A stretch of 64,000 nt of DNA from Candidatus Nanoarchaeia archaeon (GCA_035548435.1 DASZSY010000036.1:1262-65261), one strand, 5' to 3'; shown: positions 37,547 through 47,480, numbered from the stretch's first letter. Notes: generated from the sequence alone by a model not told the origin. Translations and numbers: made by a program.

Positions 37547-37732
37547 TTGTTTGCTAAATCTAGTATGGCAAAAGAAGAAGGATCACAAATACCTGGAGTT
37601 TTCGGGGGACTCATGAGATATGATGAAGAAATTGGAAGTAGGTTTCAACTTTCACCTATCCACGTAGTAGGTTTTGTAGTAGGTATCCTTGTTTTTGTTT
37701 TGCTCTTGAAATTTATTTTTCCAATAGCTTAA
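37547..37732 (+). CDS. preprotein translocase Sec61-beta (archaeal SecG/Sec-beta)
   Basis: GLMRYDEE ... LSPIHVVGFVVGILVFVLLL matches the archaeal Sec-beta pattern (GLMRYxxE ... SP ... transmembrane helix). Confidence 0.55.
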   Translation: MFAKSSMAKEEGSQIPGVFGGLMRYDEEIGSRFQLSPIHVVGFVVGILVFVLLLKFIFPIA

Positions 37733-37734
37733 AA

Positions 37735-38040
37735 TTAGTTTACTTCATCTAATATTATTCTTTCATTGAATGAACCTTTATATTCTGCTTTTAATTTTCT
37801 TATTTTCTCTAGTTTAGCTTTGCCTATACCGTCTATTTCTGCTAATTGATACACCACTTCAATTATATCTACAAGTTCTTCTGGGCTGCTGTCTTTGAGA
37901 TATTCAGAGACTTCTTCTTTTAATTTTTCACGTAATTTTTTTCTGAATTCCGCTTCTTTTGCAGTGTGCGTTTTAACTTTCTTACCTTTCTGCTCAAGTA
38001 TTTCAGGTAATTTATCATGAACTAGAATATTTAATGCCAT
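37735..38040 (-). CDS. MazG-like/HisE-like nucleotide pyrophosphohydrolase (all-alpha NTP-PPase)
   Basis: About 100 aa; KLVRDKLPEIL...EEL-rich helical pattern of the family. Confidence 0.45.
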   Translation of the reverse strand: MALNILVHDKLPEILEQKGKKVKTHTAKEAEFRKKLREKLKEEVSEYLKDSSPEELVDIIEVVYQLAEIDGIGKAKLEKIRKLKAEYKGSFNERIILDEVN

Positions 38041-38072
38041 AATAATTATAGGATAGCAATCTATAAATATTC

Positions 38073-38420
38073 TTGTTTTTTCAGTGGAAGATGTTTGGCG
38101 GAGTAAATCCTAAGCAAGTGCAGGCCCTGATGAAACAAATGGGCTTAAAGCAAGAAGAGATAGAAGCAGACAGAGTTATTATTGAACAGGGAGACAAGAG
38201 AATTGTAATCGAGCCTGCAAATGTACAAAAGATTACTATGCAAGGTCAAACTAGCTGGCAAATTACTGGAGAAAGCAGAGAAGAAACAAAGGCCGTAGAA
38301 TTCTCAGCTGAAGATGTGGAGCTGGTAATGGAAAAGACTGGAAAATCAAAGAAAGAAGTGGAAAAAGTTTTGAAAGAAACAAAAGATATTGCTTCTGCTA
38401 TCGTGCAGCTAAGCGAATAA
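38073..38420 (+). CDS. nac: nascent polypeptide-associated complex protein (archaeal alpha-NAC)
   Basis: MFGGVNPKQVQALMKQMG N-terminus, NAC beta-barrel region, UBA-like C-terminus (IASAIVQLSE). Confidence 0.75.
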   Translation: MFFQWKMFGGVNPKQVQALMKQMGLKQEEIEADRVIIEQGDKRIVIEPANVQKITMQGQTSWQITGESREETKAVEFSAEDVELVMEKTGKSKKEVEKVLKETKDIASAIVQLSE

Positions 38421-38421
38421 T

Positions 38422-39624
38422 ATGGTTTATCATCCACAGCAAGAAATTCTAGATAAATATGCAGATGTTCTTGTAAATTTTGCACTTGGAGGAGGTAAGG
38501 GAGTTAGGAAAGGAGAAGTTGTTTTTATTCAGGTGCCAGAATGTGCGAAACCTCTTCTTATCTCTTTACAAAAAGCTGTTCTAAAAGCAGGAGCACATTA
38601 TATAACTCAATACCTTCCAGATGAAACAGAAAGACATTTTTACGAACTTGCCCAAGATCATCATCTTGACTTTTTTCCAGAAGAATATCTCAAGGCGAGA
38701 GTAAACACAATGGATCACCTTGTTTCTATAATTGCTGACGTTAACAAGCAAATATTGAAGGGCATTCCTCCAGAAAAGATAATGAGAAAAAGTAGATCTC
38801 ATAAGCCCTACATGGATTGGAGAACCGAGAAAGAAAACAATGGAAAACTTACTTGGACCTTGGCACTTTATGGAACTGCGGCCGCTGCTAAAGAAGCAGG
38901 ACTTTCTGAAGAAGAATATTGGAATCAAATAATTAGTGCTTGTTATTTAGATAAGAAAGACCCTGTTGCAGAATGGAAGAAATCATTTGCTGAAACTGAG
39001 AGGGTAAAAAAAGTTCTTGATAATATGGAAATAGACAAGTTGCATGTTGAAGCAGAAGGAGTTGATTTATGGGTAGGGCTTGGAGAGAAAAGAAAGTGGC
39101 TTGCTGGAATGGGAAGAAATATTCCTAGTTTTGAATTGTTCATAAGTCCAGACTGGAGAAGGACCCAAGGGCACATAGAGTTTGATCAACCACTTTATAG
39201 ATATGGAAATATTGTAAAAGGAATAAAAATTGATTTCAAAGAAGGAAAAGTTGTAAACTGTTCTGCTGATGAAGGGGAAGAAGTGCTAAAAAAAATGATT
39301 GAAGAAAAAAATGCTGATAAAATAGGAGAATTTTCTCTTACAGATAAAAGGTTATCAAAAATTTCCAAGTTCATGGCAGAAACATTATTTGATGAAAACT
39401 TTGGAGGAGAGTATGGAAACACCCACATTGCTTTAGGAAATGCATACAAGGATTCTTATCCAGGAGATGCATCAAAAGTTAGCAAAGAAGAATGGGACAA
39501 GTTAGGTTATAATGAATCTGTTGTTCACACAGATATTGTTTCAACAAGAAATAGGAAAGTAACGGCATATATGAAAGATGGCAAAATGAAAATTATTTAC
39601 AAAGATGGAATATTTTTAGTCTAA
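38422..39624 (+). CDS. aminopeptidase, M29 (AmpS/PepS-like) family
   Basis: Length and N-terminal pattern (LDKYADVLVNFALGGGKGVRKGEVVFI ... LKAGAHY) typical of thermophilic-type M29 aminopeptidases. Confidence 0.65.
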   Translation: MVYHPQQEILDKYADVLVNFALGGGKGVRKGEVVFIQVPECAKPLLISLQKAVLKAGAHYITQYLPDETERHFYELAQDHHLDFFPEEYLKARVNTMDHLVSIIADVNKQILKGIPPEKIMRKSRSHKPYMDWRTEKENNGKLTWTLALYGTAAAAKEAGLSEEEYWNQIISACYLDKKDPVAEWKKSFAETERVKKVLDNMEIDKLHVEAEGVDLWVGLGEKRKWLAGMGRNIPSFELFISPDWRRTQGHIEFDQPLYRYGNIVKGIKIDFKEGKVVNCSADEGEEVLKKMIEEKNADKIGEFSLTDKRLSKISKFMAETLFDENFGGEYGNTHIALGNAYKDSYPGDASKVSKEEWDKLGYNESVVHTDIVSTRNRKVTAYMKDGKMKIIYKDGIFLV

Positions 39625-39736
39625 AGTTCGTTTAATACGAGATTTTAAGGGTATTTAAAGGGTTTTTTCTGAAACATTTAAATATCTGGGGGTTCTATGT
39701 TATCTTACTCTCGTCGGTCATTTTTGACCCAAATTC

Positions 39737-40162
39737 ATGGAACGAATTATAAAAGAAAAGATAAGTGCTGACCACTTGCTTTATGTCAGCTTAAAGTACA
39801 CCAAAACGTGCGACGTAATTATTAATCTACTTCTTAGATGGAAAATAATGATTGAGATGGCAATGGACATGCTTGTTGATAAGGCTAAAAAGAATAAGAA
39901 ATGGAAACCTGTTCCTGATGCACCAAGAGCTAAACTACTACAACTAAAGAAAATATATGCTGATGATGAAGTTATTTCTAAAACACTTGATCTTTATGAG
40001 TTGTTTAGAGATATAGAACAACTTGAGAAAGTTAGGGAAAATGAATTTAGGAAAGGAGTTACATTAAAAGTGGCGTATAAGGGACAAACTATCAATGTTA
40101 CTATCGATACTTTAAAGGAATATTCTAATTTGCTCGAAAGGTTTATAAGTTCGTTAAAGTAA
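39737..40162 (+). CDS. hypothetical helical protein immediately upstream of minD
   Basis: ORF with GGTCA-TTTT-TGACC palindrome just upstream of the start. Confidence 0.4.
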   Translation: MERIIKEKISADHLLYVSLKYTKTCDVIINLLLRWKIMIEMAMDMLVDKAKKNKKWKPVPDAPRAKLLQLKKIYADDEVISKTLDLYELFRDIEQLEKVRENEFRKGVTLKVAYKGQTINVTIDTLKEYSNLLERFISSLK

Positions 40163-40203
40163 ATTCATCTACTTGGCTGAACATTGTTTAGCTTTAAAAA
40201 GAA

Positions 40204-40959
40204 ATGGCACGAATTATAACTATAACTTCTGGAAAAGGTGGTGTTGGTAAGACCACAACTGCGATAAATCTTGGAGCAGCTTTAAATTCATTTGGAAAAG
40301 AGGTAGTTATTTTGGATGCAAACCTCACAACTCCTAACGTTGGACTTCATCTTGGAGCACCAATAGTTCCTGTTAGTTTAAATCACGTACTTCTCGGAAA
40401 AGCAAAGATATCTGACGCAATATATGAGCATAGCTCTGGAACAAAGATAGTTCCAAGTTCTTTATCATATAGAGAACTTAAGAGACTTAATCATGGAAAA
40501 CTAAAAGAAGTTGGAAAGAAACTTAGAAAGATGGCTGATTTTGTTATTTTTGACTCTGCTGCAGGACTTGGTCCTGAAGCAATCGCTTCTCTTGAAGCTG
40601 GAGACGAACTTATAATTGTAACAAATCCTGAAATCCCAGCTGTAACTGATGCACTTAAGACAAGCAAATTGATTGAGCAACTTGGAAAGGAAGTTAGAGG
40701 AGTTATTGTTACAAGAGTAAGAGGAGAGAAGACTGAAATGCCTCTTGCAAATATACGTGATTTGCTTGAATTGCCTATTCTTGGAGTTATTCCAGAGGAA
40801 AAGAACATGCAATCTGCTCTTGTAATGAAAGATGCAATTGTTCATACACATCCAAAGAGTAAGGCTTCAAGAGCTTACAAAAGACTTGCCTCAAAGATTG
40901 CAGGCGATGTGAATTACAAAGACAAGTATACTATTCTTGAGAGATTGTTTGGTTATTAA
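40204..40959 (+). CDS. minD: MinD/ParA-family ATPase (archaeal MinD-like)
   Basis: Deviant Walker A SGKGGVGKTT at the N-terminus. Confidence 0.8.
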   Translation: MARIITITSGKGGVGKTTTAINLGAALNSFGKEVVILDANLTTPNVGLHLGAPIVPVSLNHVLLGKAKISDAIYEHSSGTKIVPSSLSYRELKRLNHGKLKEVGKKLRKMADFVIFDSAAGLGPEAIASLEAGDELIIVTNPEIPAVTDALKTSKLIEQLGKEVRGVIVTRVRGEKTEMPLANIRDLLELPILGVIPEEKNMQSALVMKDAIVHTHPKSKASRAYKRLASKIAGDVNYKDKYTILERLFGY

Positions 40960-40979
40960 AGAATAATTTTTTATCGCGT

Positions 40980-42872
40980 TTAACTTATCTTAAGTCCAGA
41001 CTTTGTTTTCTTTTCAGGAGATATAAGAACTACCGTTGATTTGTCATCTGTTCCTGCTGCTAACAACATTCCCTGGCTTTCTAGACCTTTCATCTTTCTT
41101 GGCTCGAGGTTTACAATACATATTATCTGTTTTCCAACAAGCTCTTCTTTCTTGTAGTAAGGCTTTATTCCTGCTAGAATCTGACGCTTTTCAGTTCCAA
41201 TGTCTACCTGAAGCTTGTAAAGTTTGTCTGCTCCTTCTATGTCCTCTGCTTTTTCTATATTTCCAACTCTTAAATCTAGCTTTGCAAAATCGTCATACTT
41301 TATTTGTGAAACTGACATAATTCCTTCAATTTTAGCAGGTTTATTAGGTTTTTCATTTTCTTTTTTGTCTTCTTTTTCTTTGAATTCTATCTTTGAGAAT
41401 AAAACCGGAGATTTCTTTATTTTAGTTATTTTTAGAGGTTTACCTACTTGCTTTATATCTATATCAAAATTGAAAATTTTGGAAATTTTTTCTGTTGTTT
41501 CTGGAATAAACGGCGAGATAAGAATAGATATATCTTTTATTGCGCAGACAAGTTCATAAATAATTTTATTGTCTTTTGTTTCCCATGGCTTTTTTTCTTG
41601 AGCATATTCGTTTGTTTTGTCTACTTGATGCATGAGCAAGTTAAGCGCTTTGTCAAATTCAAGTCTAGAAAGCTTTTCTGCTAGTTCTTCTTCTAAATCG
41701 CTTATCTTTAATATTTGTTTTTTACTTTCCTGCATTCCGTGTTGCTCTGCTAATGCTGAAACTCTAGAAACAAGGTTTCCTAATTTATTTGCCAATTCAT
41801 TATTGTGACGTTCAATGAGCATTTTTTGTGAGAAATCTCCGTCGTCTCCAAATGATGCTTCTCTTAGAAGAAAGTATCTTGCGCTGTCTACTCCAGCGTA
41901 ATTTATTAGCTCATCTACTTTAATTGCATTTCCTGCAGACTTACCCATCTTTTCATTTTGTACTGTCCACCACCCGTGGGCAAAAACTTTTTTAGGCATA
42001 TCAATTTCTGCTGACATTAAAATTGCAGGCCATATAACTGCATGGAACCAAAGAATATCTTTTCCAACTATGTGTACGTCGGCAGGCCAATATTTATTAA
42101 ATTGTTTCTTATTTTCTAAATAATTTATTCCAGAAATATAATTGGCAAGGGCATCGAACCACACATAGCACACATGCTTTTTATCAAAAGGTAGTGGAAT
42201 TCCCCAGGAGAAACTTGTTCTTGAAATTGACAAATCTTGCAATCCTTCTTTTACTCTATTTATTATTTCTTTTTGCTTTGATTTAGGAGAAATAAACTGT
42301 GGATTCTTTTTATACAAAGCAAGAAGTTTTTTTTGATATTTTGAAAGTTTGAAGAAATAAGATTCTTCTTTTATTTTTTCAACTGGTTTTTTATGTATTG
42401 GACAGCAACCTTCAACTAAATCTTTTTCAGTGTAATAGGCTTCACAACCTACACAATATAATCCTTCATAATTTCCCTTGTAAATATCTTTATTTTTAAG
42501 AGACTTTTCAAGAATATACTCTACTACTTTTTCATGATCTTTGTCTGTTGTTCTTATAAATCGATTATACTGTATGTTTAATTTCTTCCAAGCATCAATA
42601 AATCCAGGGACAATTGAATCTACAAATTCTTTTGTATTTTTTTGTTGTTTTTGTGCAGTCTCTTCCATCTTTTTTCCATGTTCATCTGTACCTGTAAGAA
42701 AGAAAACATCATATCCGTTTAGTTTATGCCAACGAGAAAGGACGTCTGCAGCTATTGTAGTATATGCATGTCCGAGGTGGGGAATGTCATTTGGGTAGTA
42801 AATAGGGGTTGTTACGTAGAAGGTCTTGCTTTTTGGCATATCTAGCAAGAGGGAATAAGGTTTAAAAACCAT
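40980..42872 (-). CDS. metG: methionyl-tRNA synthetase with a C-terminal EMAP/Trbp111-like tRNA-binding domain
   Basis: PHLGHAYTT (HIGH), KMGKSAGN (KMSKS), Cys-knuckle zinc motifs; C-terminal OB-fold tRNA-binding domain. Confidence 0.9.
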   Translation of the reverse strand: MVFKPYSLLLDMPKSKTFYVTTPIYYPNDIPHLGHAYTTIAADVLSRWHKLNGYDVFFLTGTDEHGKKMEETAQKQQKNTKEFVDSIVPGFIDAWKKLNIQYNRFIRTTDKDHEKVVEYILEKSLKNKDIYKGNYEGLYCVGCEAYYTEKDLVEGCCPIHKKPVEKIKEESYFFKLSKYQKKLLALYKKNPQFISPKSKQKEIINRVKEGLQDLSISRTSFSWGIPLPFDKKHVCYVWFDALANYISGINYLENKKQFNKYWPADVHIVGKDILWFHAVIWPAILMSAEIDMPKKVFAHGWWTVQNEKMGKSAGNAIKVDELINYAGVDSARYFLLREASFGDDGDFSQKMLIERHNNELANKLGNLVSRVSALAEQHGMQESKKQILKISDLEEELAEKLSRLEFDKALNLLMHQVDKTNEYAQEKKPWETKDNKIIYELVCAIKDISILISPFIPETTEKISKIFNFDIDIKQVGKPLKITKIKKSPVLFSKIEFKEKEDKKENEKPNKPAKIEGIMSVSQIKYDDFAKLDLRVGNIEKAEDIEGADKLYKLQVDIGTEKRQILAGIKPYYKKEELVGKQIICIVNLEPRKMKGLESQGMLLAAGTDDKSTVVLISPEKKTKSGLKIS

Positions 42873-42889
42873 TCTTTGTACATGTCAGA

Positions 42890-43462
42890 ATGGTTAAAGG
42901 ATTATATCATCACCTAAGAGGGGCATGGAAGAAGCCAGACTCAAAAGTTGAGCAATCTCGCCTTATTGAATGGAGAGCTAGCGAAGCTGTTGTAGTTGTT
43001 GACAAGCCACTAAGACTTGACAGAGCTAGAACTGTAGGTTACAAGGCAAAGAAAGGAATTATCGTAGTTAGAGTTAGAGTTAAGAGAGGAGGAAGAACAA
43101 GACCAAGACATAAGCACGGAAGAAAGACAAGAAAACAGCACGTTAGAAAGATACTAAAGATGAACTACAGATGGGTTGCTGAACAAAGAGTTCAACAAAA
43201 GTTCCCTAACCTTGAGATACTTAATTCCTACAATCTTGGAAAAGATGGAAAGCATTATTTCTTCGAAGTTATACTTCTAGACCCTGAAATGCCAGAGATA
43301 AAGAATGATAAAGTTTACTCATGGATTACAAACCCTGCAAACAGAAGCAGAGTATACAGAGGATTGACAAGTGCTGCTAAGAAATCAAGAGGACTTAGAA
43401 GCAAGAGTCCAAATATGAAAGTACGTCCTTCACTAAGAGCTTGGAACAGACAAGGTAAGTAA
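42890..43462 (+). CDS. rpl15e: 50S ribosomal protein L15e
   Basis: Highly basic; GLYHHLRGAWKKP ... VRVRVKRGGRTRPRHKHGRK pattern. Confidence 0.85.
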   Translation: MVKGLYHHLRGAWKKPDSKVEQSRLIEWRASEAVVVVDKPLRLDRARTVGYKAKKGIIVVRVRVKRGGRTRPRHKHGRKTRKQHVRKILKMNYRWVAEQRVQQKFPNLEILNSYNLGKDGKHYFFEVILLDPEMPEIKNDKVYSWITNPANRSRVYRGLTSAAKKSRGLRSKSPNMKVRPSLRAWNRQGK

Positions 43463-43524
43463 CTTCTCTAAGATATATCTTTGACCTAGATTTTGTTTAA
43501 ATAGTTGTTTTATTGATTTAATTT

Positions 43525-43890
43525 ATGAGTGATGGGCATAGTGATGTTGAACAAGATAAAACGCTGAGTGAAAGATTATCTAATTTATTGAGCTTGGAAG
43601 ATAAACTCGTTGTTGATACTAATTTTTTTGCAGACTTGAGACTTGATGATGCGCAAAAGCTTCTAAGACAATGGATTGAATATTCAAATATGAGAAGAGG
43701 ATATGACCTAGCCCCTAGAAAAGAATTTGCTTATTTACATATATTGGCCCTTGGAGACTTTCTAGGTCAAAGAATAGACTCTGGTAAATTATGGGCGGTA
43801 GTTTCTGGAAATTTACCTAATTATATGAAAACAAAAGAAGATGAAGAAAGAGTTAAGGGATATATTGAGAGATATTCTGAAGAAAATTAA
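43525..43890 (+). CDS. hypothetical protein (121 aa)
   Basis: ORF only. Confidence 0.35.
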   Translation: MSDGHSDVEQDKTLSERLSNLLSLEDKLVVDTNFFADLRLDDAQKLLRQWIEYSNMRRGYDLAPRKEFAYLHILALGDFLGQRIDSGKLWAVVSGNLPNYMKTKEDEERVKGYIERYSEEN

Positions 43891-43892
43891 AT

Positions 43893-46121
43893 TTATTGTT
43901 TTTCTTCTCTTTTAGCAGCCCAATTTGCTTTTTTAGCTTCCCATTCTGCTCTTTGTTGTTTTACTAAAGTGCATTCGGAATTGAAACATAATTCCCAAGG
44001 GCGTTTTGCTTTTCTTATTGCCAGCACTTTATCAAATCCGCATGATTCGCACTTTTTGTCTGACTTTTTTATTAAAGCGTTTGGAGGAAGAGTGTATGTC
44101 TGAGTGCATTCAGGATAACTAGAGCAGGATATAAAGTATCTTTTTGTTTTCTTTGAATAAGTTATTCGGAGATTTCCTTTTTTACATCTCGGACATTGAT
44201 TAAGTAGGTTGGCTTCTCTTTCTGCTTCTCTTTGTTGCTGAAGTCCAGAAAGTAATTCAGCTCCTATTTCTTGTTCTTTAGGTTGGAATGTTTCTGCTAT
44301 TTTTTTTATTGTAGATTCAGCTTTCTTTATTATTCCTTTTTCTTTTTCTTCTAAACCAGCACTACTTTCTTGAAATTGCTCTATTTCATCTTCTATCTCT
44401 CTTGTTAAGTTTTCATCTATTATAACTGGAGAATATTTTTCAAGGGCAGATATAAGTTGAAGGCCGAGATTTGTGGCCTTTATTGATTGCCCATCAAGAT
44501 ATCCTCTATCAAATAAGGTATCTACTATGGATGAACGTGTGGCTTTAGTTCCAAGATTTTTCTTTTCAAGAAGGGAAATCAAGGAAGTTGGGGTGAATCT
44601 TTTAGGGGGCTGCGTCTGGTGTTCCTCTATCTTTGTTTCATCAATTTTTACATCTCCATTCAAATCTTCTAAATCCTCATCATCTTTTTTATAAGGGTAA
44701 ACTGCAGACCATCCTTTACTTATTACTTTATTACAGGATGCTGAAAAATCAAGGTCATTTGCAGTTATTGTAACTTTCTTGTGTGCAACAATTGCATCTT
44801 CACAAAACGCAGATATAAATCTTTTAACTATGAGATTGTAAAGTTTTTCTTCTTGACCTGTCAAACTTGCATATTCTCCTGTAGGATATATTGAAGGGTG
44901 CGCTGGGTCTGATTTCTTTCCTTCTACAGGTTTTTGTCTTTTAGCATGAGATACTTCTTTAAATGCTCCAGAAAGCATTTTCAATATTTCTTTTGGCTTT
45001 ATTGACTCAGGTATTTTTTGAGAGCTTGTTCTCGGATATGAAATAAGTCCATCAAGATAAAGTTGTTGAGCTATCTTTAGAGTATTTGAAGGGGAAAGTC
45101 CATGTAGTCTATATGCTTCTCTTTGCAAGGTTGTTAAGTCGAATGGTTCTGGAGGAGAAACTTTTTCTTCTTTGTCTTTTGTCTGTGCAGTTCCATCTTT
45201 TAGATTGTTGAATTTGGAAAGTTCTTGTTTATCAAATATGTCTATGTTATGATAAAATAAGGTGTTTCCAACTTTAATTGCCACTTTCCAGAAAGGTACA
45301 GGTTTGAAAGATTCTATTTCTCTTTCCCTATCTACTATTATTTTTAGTGCAGGTCCTTGTACACGCCCAATTGATAATACTTTGAAAGATCCTGTTTTTT
45401 TTATTGCAGACATAAGTGCACGAGAAAGGTTTATTCCATATAACCAATCTAGAACGTGTCTTGTTTCTCCAGCATAGGCGTTACCCCAATTTAATTCTGG
45501 AAGTGCTTTTTCATATGATTCTTTTAGTTCATCCTTTGTTAAAGTTGAGAATTTCATTCTCTTTGCATTCTGTTGTTTACATATGAAACGTAGGACATTC
45601 CATCCTATAACTTCTCCTTCTATATCGAAGTCTGTTGCTACTATGAAACTTTTAGCTCCTTTTGCAAGGTCTTCTATTAAATCGTAATATCTTTTTGTGA
45701 AGGAGGCAGATTTTGTTTTATAGGATGGCTGCCATTCAACTTTGAAAACTGGCCAACCCTTCTCACCTTTTGAATATGTAAGCCCGAAAAGATGCCCTAC
45801 TGCTGAAGCAACAACTATTTTCTCTCCACCTTTAACAATTTCATAGTATGCTACTCCACTGTCCTGACGTTTTATTGCGCTGCCAAGAGCATCTGCAATT
45901 TTTTGAGCTGCTTGAGGTTTCTCAGTTATAATAAGAGTATAATCTTTTGTTCTTTGAGGTTTCTTTTTAGGAGACTGAGTTTTTTTAGAGGGTCTAAAAT
46001 TGTTAGCTTCAACTATTCCTGGCTGTTCTATTACGGTTCTTTCATCTATGGAAGGCTTCTGTCTAACTTCCTTCTGTATGGTCATTTTTGCATCGGTAGG
46101 TATGTAGGTGTCTATTGCCAT
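43893..46121 (-). CDS. topA: DNA topoisomerase type IA with C-terminal zinc ribbons
   Basis: TOPRIM N-terminus (LIITEKPQAA), catalytic Tyr region, two to three C4 ribbons (CPRCKKG ... CSSYPEC; CESCG). Confidence 0.85.
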   Translation of the reverse strand: MAIDTYIPTDAKMTIQKEVRQKPSIDERTVIEQPGIVEANNFRPSKKTQSPKKKPQRTKDYTLIITEKPQAAQKIADALGSAIKRQDSGVAYYEIVKGGEKIVVASAVGHLFGLTYSKGEKGWPVFKVEWQPSYKTKSASFTKRYYDLIEDLAKGAKSFIVATDFDIEGEVIGWNVLRFICKQQNAKRMKFSTLTKDELKESYEKALPELNWGNAYAGETRHVLDWLYGINLSRALMSAIKKTGSFKVLSIGRVQGPALKIIVDREREIESFKPVPFWKVAIKVGNTLFYHNIDIFDKQELSKFNNLKDGTAQTKDKEEKVSPPEPFDLTTLQREAYRLHGLSPSNTLKIAQQLYLDGLISYPRTSSQKIPESIKPKEILKMLSGAFKEVSHAKRQKPVEGKKSDPAHPSIYPTGEYASLTGQEEKLYNLIVKRFISAFCEDAIVAHKKVTITANDLDFSASCNKVISKGWSAVYPYKKDDEDLEDLNGDVKIDETKIEEHQTQPPKRFTPTSLISLLEKKNLGTKATRSSIVDTLFDRGYLDGQSIKATNLGLQLISALEKYSPVIIDENLTREIEDEIEQFQESSAGLEEKEKGIIKKAESTIKKIAETFQPKEQEIGAELLSGLQQQREAEREANLLNQCPRCKKGNLRITYSKKTKRYFISCSSYPECTQTYTLPPNALIKKSDKKCESCGFDKVLAIRKAKRPWELCFNSECTLVKQQRAEWEAKKANWAAKREEKQ

Positions 46122-46167
46122 CAGTGGCTAGAAGGCGTATTGTATATAAATATATTCAGAATTATGA

Positions 46168-46773
46168 CTATATCTCAAATATTCTACCATTGCGACCCAC
46201 GTTGATTATGGTAGTGTTTCCCCACATTTCTTCAAGACCTGCAGCTTCATGTATATGTCCATGAATTGCAAAAGTAGGTTTGAATTTTTCTATTGCTTGC
46301 CTCACCGCTTCACTTCCAAGAAAACCTGAAAATTCAGATTTGCTTCCTGCAGGATGCATATGGGTAACAAGGATTTTCTTATTTATCATTTCAAGTCCCT
46401 TGTGCGCCTTGTTTAAGGCCTTTGAAAGGTCCTTATCTGTAATAAATCCTGGAGCTAAATCTGCGCCTCCGGCGCCAAAAATTCCTACTTCTTTGTATAT
46501 TGCGCTGGAGCCGTGAATATTTTTTATTCCATAATATGCAGTCAATGAGTTAAGGTCTTGAAAATTCTCATGATTTCCAGGGATTACTAAAACAGGTTTA
46601 TTTTTTTCTTTGAAAGGTTTAATTATATTTTTAGTTTCATTCCATCCAAAAATATCTCCGCACAATAAAACCAGATCTACTTTTTCTTTTTCAGCTTTTT
46701 CAGCTAAAGAAATAAATTTATCACTATCTCCGTGTACATCGGATGCTGCAAGTATTCTAAACTTTTTTTCCAT
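46168..46773 (-). CDS. metallophosphoesterase (YfcE/MJ0936-like)
   Basis: SDVHGD, LLCGDIF, GNHE, THMHP, GHIHE motifs. Confidence 0.7.
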   Translation of the reverse strand: MEKKFRILAASDVHGDSDKFISLAEKAEKEKVDLVLLCGDIFGWNETKNIIKPFKEKNKPVLVIPGNHENFQDLNSLTAYYGIKNIHGSSAIYKEVGIFGAGGADLAPGFITDKDLSKALNKAHKGLEMINKKILVTHMHPAGSKSEFSGFLGSEAVRQAIEKFKPTFAIHGHIHEAAGLEEMWGNTTIINVGRNGRIFEI

Positions 46774-46811
46774 GTTTTTTTCTCGATAATCGGTGTTTTA
46801 AGCTTTACGTT

Positions 46812-46833
46812 TTGTTACTGAAAAAGGTAACAA
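46812..46833 (+). promoter_or_regulatory. inverted repeat TTGTTAC-N8-GTAACAA in the divergent promoter region
   Basis: Perfect 7-bp arms in the intergenic region between the metallophosphoesterase (-) and the winged-helix regulator (+). Confidence 0.4.
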
Positions 46834-46897
46834 TTTTGCAGTAAGATTTAAAAGCCGATACAAAGTGCGATATATAGGTTACAACATATACATTAAA

Positions 46898-47170
46898 ATG
46901 GCAGAAGAAAACTTCGACATCTTTTTCAGAAGGAAACCAGCTTTGATGCTGATTGCCTTAAAGAAAATTTCCCGTGCTCGTTATGGAAGCCTGCTTGCAA
47001 AGGAAGCTGATTGCACATACAGTCACGCAGTTAAAATTCTACAGGCACTAGAAAAATTGAACCTTGTTGTGTTTGAAAAGAAAGGAAGAATTAAGTTAAT
47101 TAAGCTTACAAAGAAAGGAACTGAAGTTGCTGATAGTATAGAGAATATTAAAAGAATTGTAGGTGGATAA
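46898..47170 (+). CDS. small winged-helix transcriptional regulator
   Basis: About 90 aa with a helix-turn-helix-like segment (YGSLLAKEADCTYSHAVKILQALEKLNLV); start at the internal ATG with TATA upstream. Confidence 0.45.
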   Translation: MAEENFDIFFRRKPALMLIALKKISRARYGSLLAKEADCTYSHAVKILQALEKLNLVVFEKKGRIKLIKLTKKGTEVADSIENIKRIVGG

Positions 47171-47347
47171 CTTTGATTGAAGACCTTTTTGGAGATGAAT
47201 TTTGTTTAATAATGGGTACAGATTTTAATTCATATATTCCCCAATTTAATTCACGTGGAAGACAGGTTTTTCCTTCTGACCCTCTAGAAGTTCAAAGAGA
47301 GTATGAAGATTACTTTTCTATTGCTGATTCTTTAAGAAAATAAGAAA

Positions 47348-47441
47348 TGGCCCCGACGGGATTTGAACCCGCGACACCTGGATTTCGCCAACCATGAAGG
47401 TTTAAGAGTCCAGTACTCTGACCGGGCTGAGCTACGAGGCC
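47348..47441 (-). tRNA. tRNA-Lys (anticodon CTT) with a roughly 19-nt intron at the canonical 37/38 position
   Basis: Reverse complement folds: acceptor GGCCUCG/CGGGGCC, D-stem GCUC/GAGU, anticodon stem CUGGA/UCCAG with the loop interrupted by an intron (AACCUUCAUGGUUGGCGAA), T-stem GCGGG/CCCGU; ends GGGGCCA. Confidence 0.7.
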
Positions 47442-47480
47442 TTGTAGCTTTAATTAAATGAGCGTTTAAAAACGTATTGC

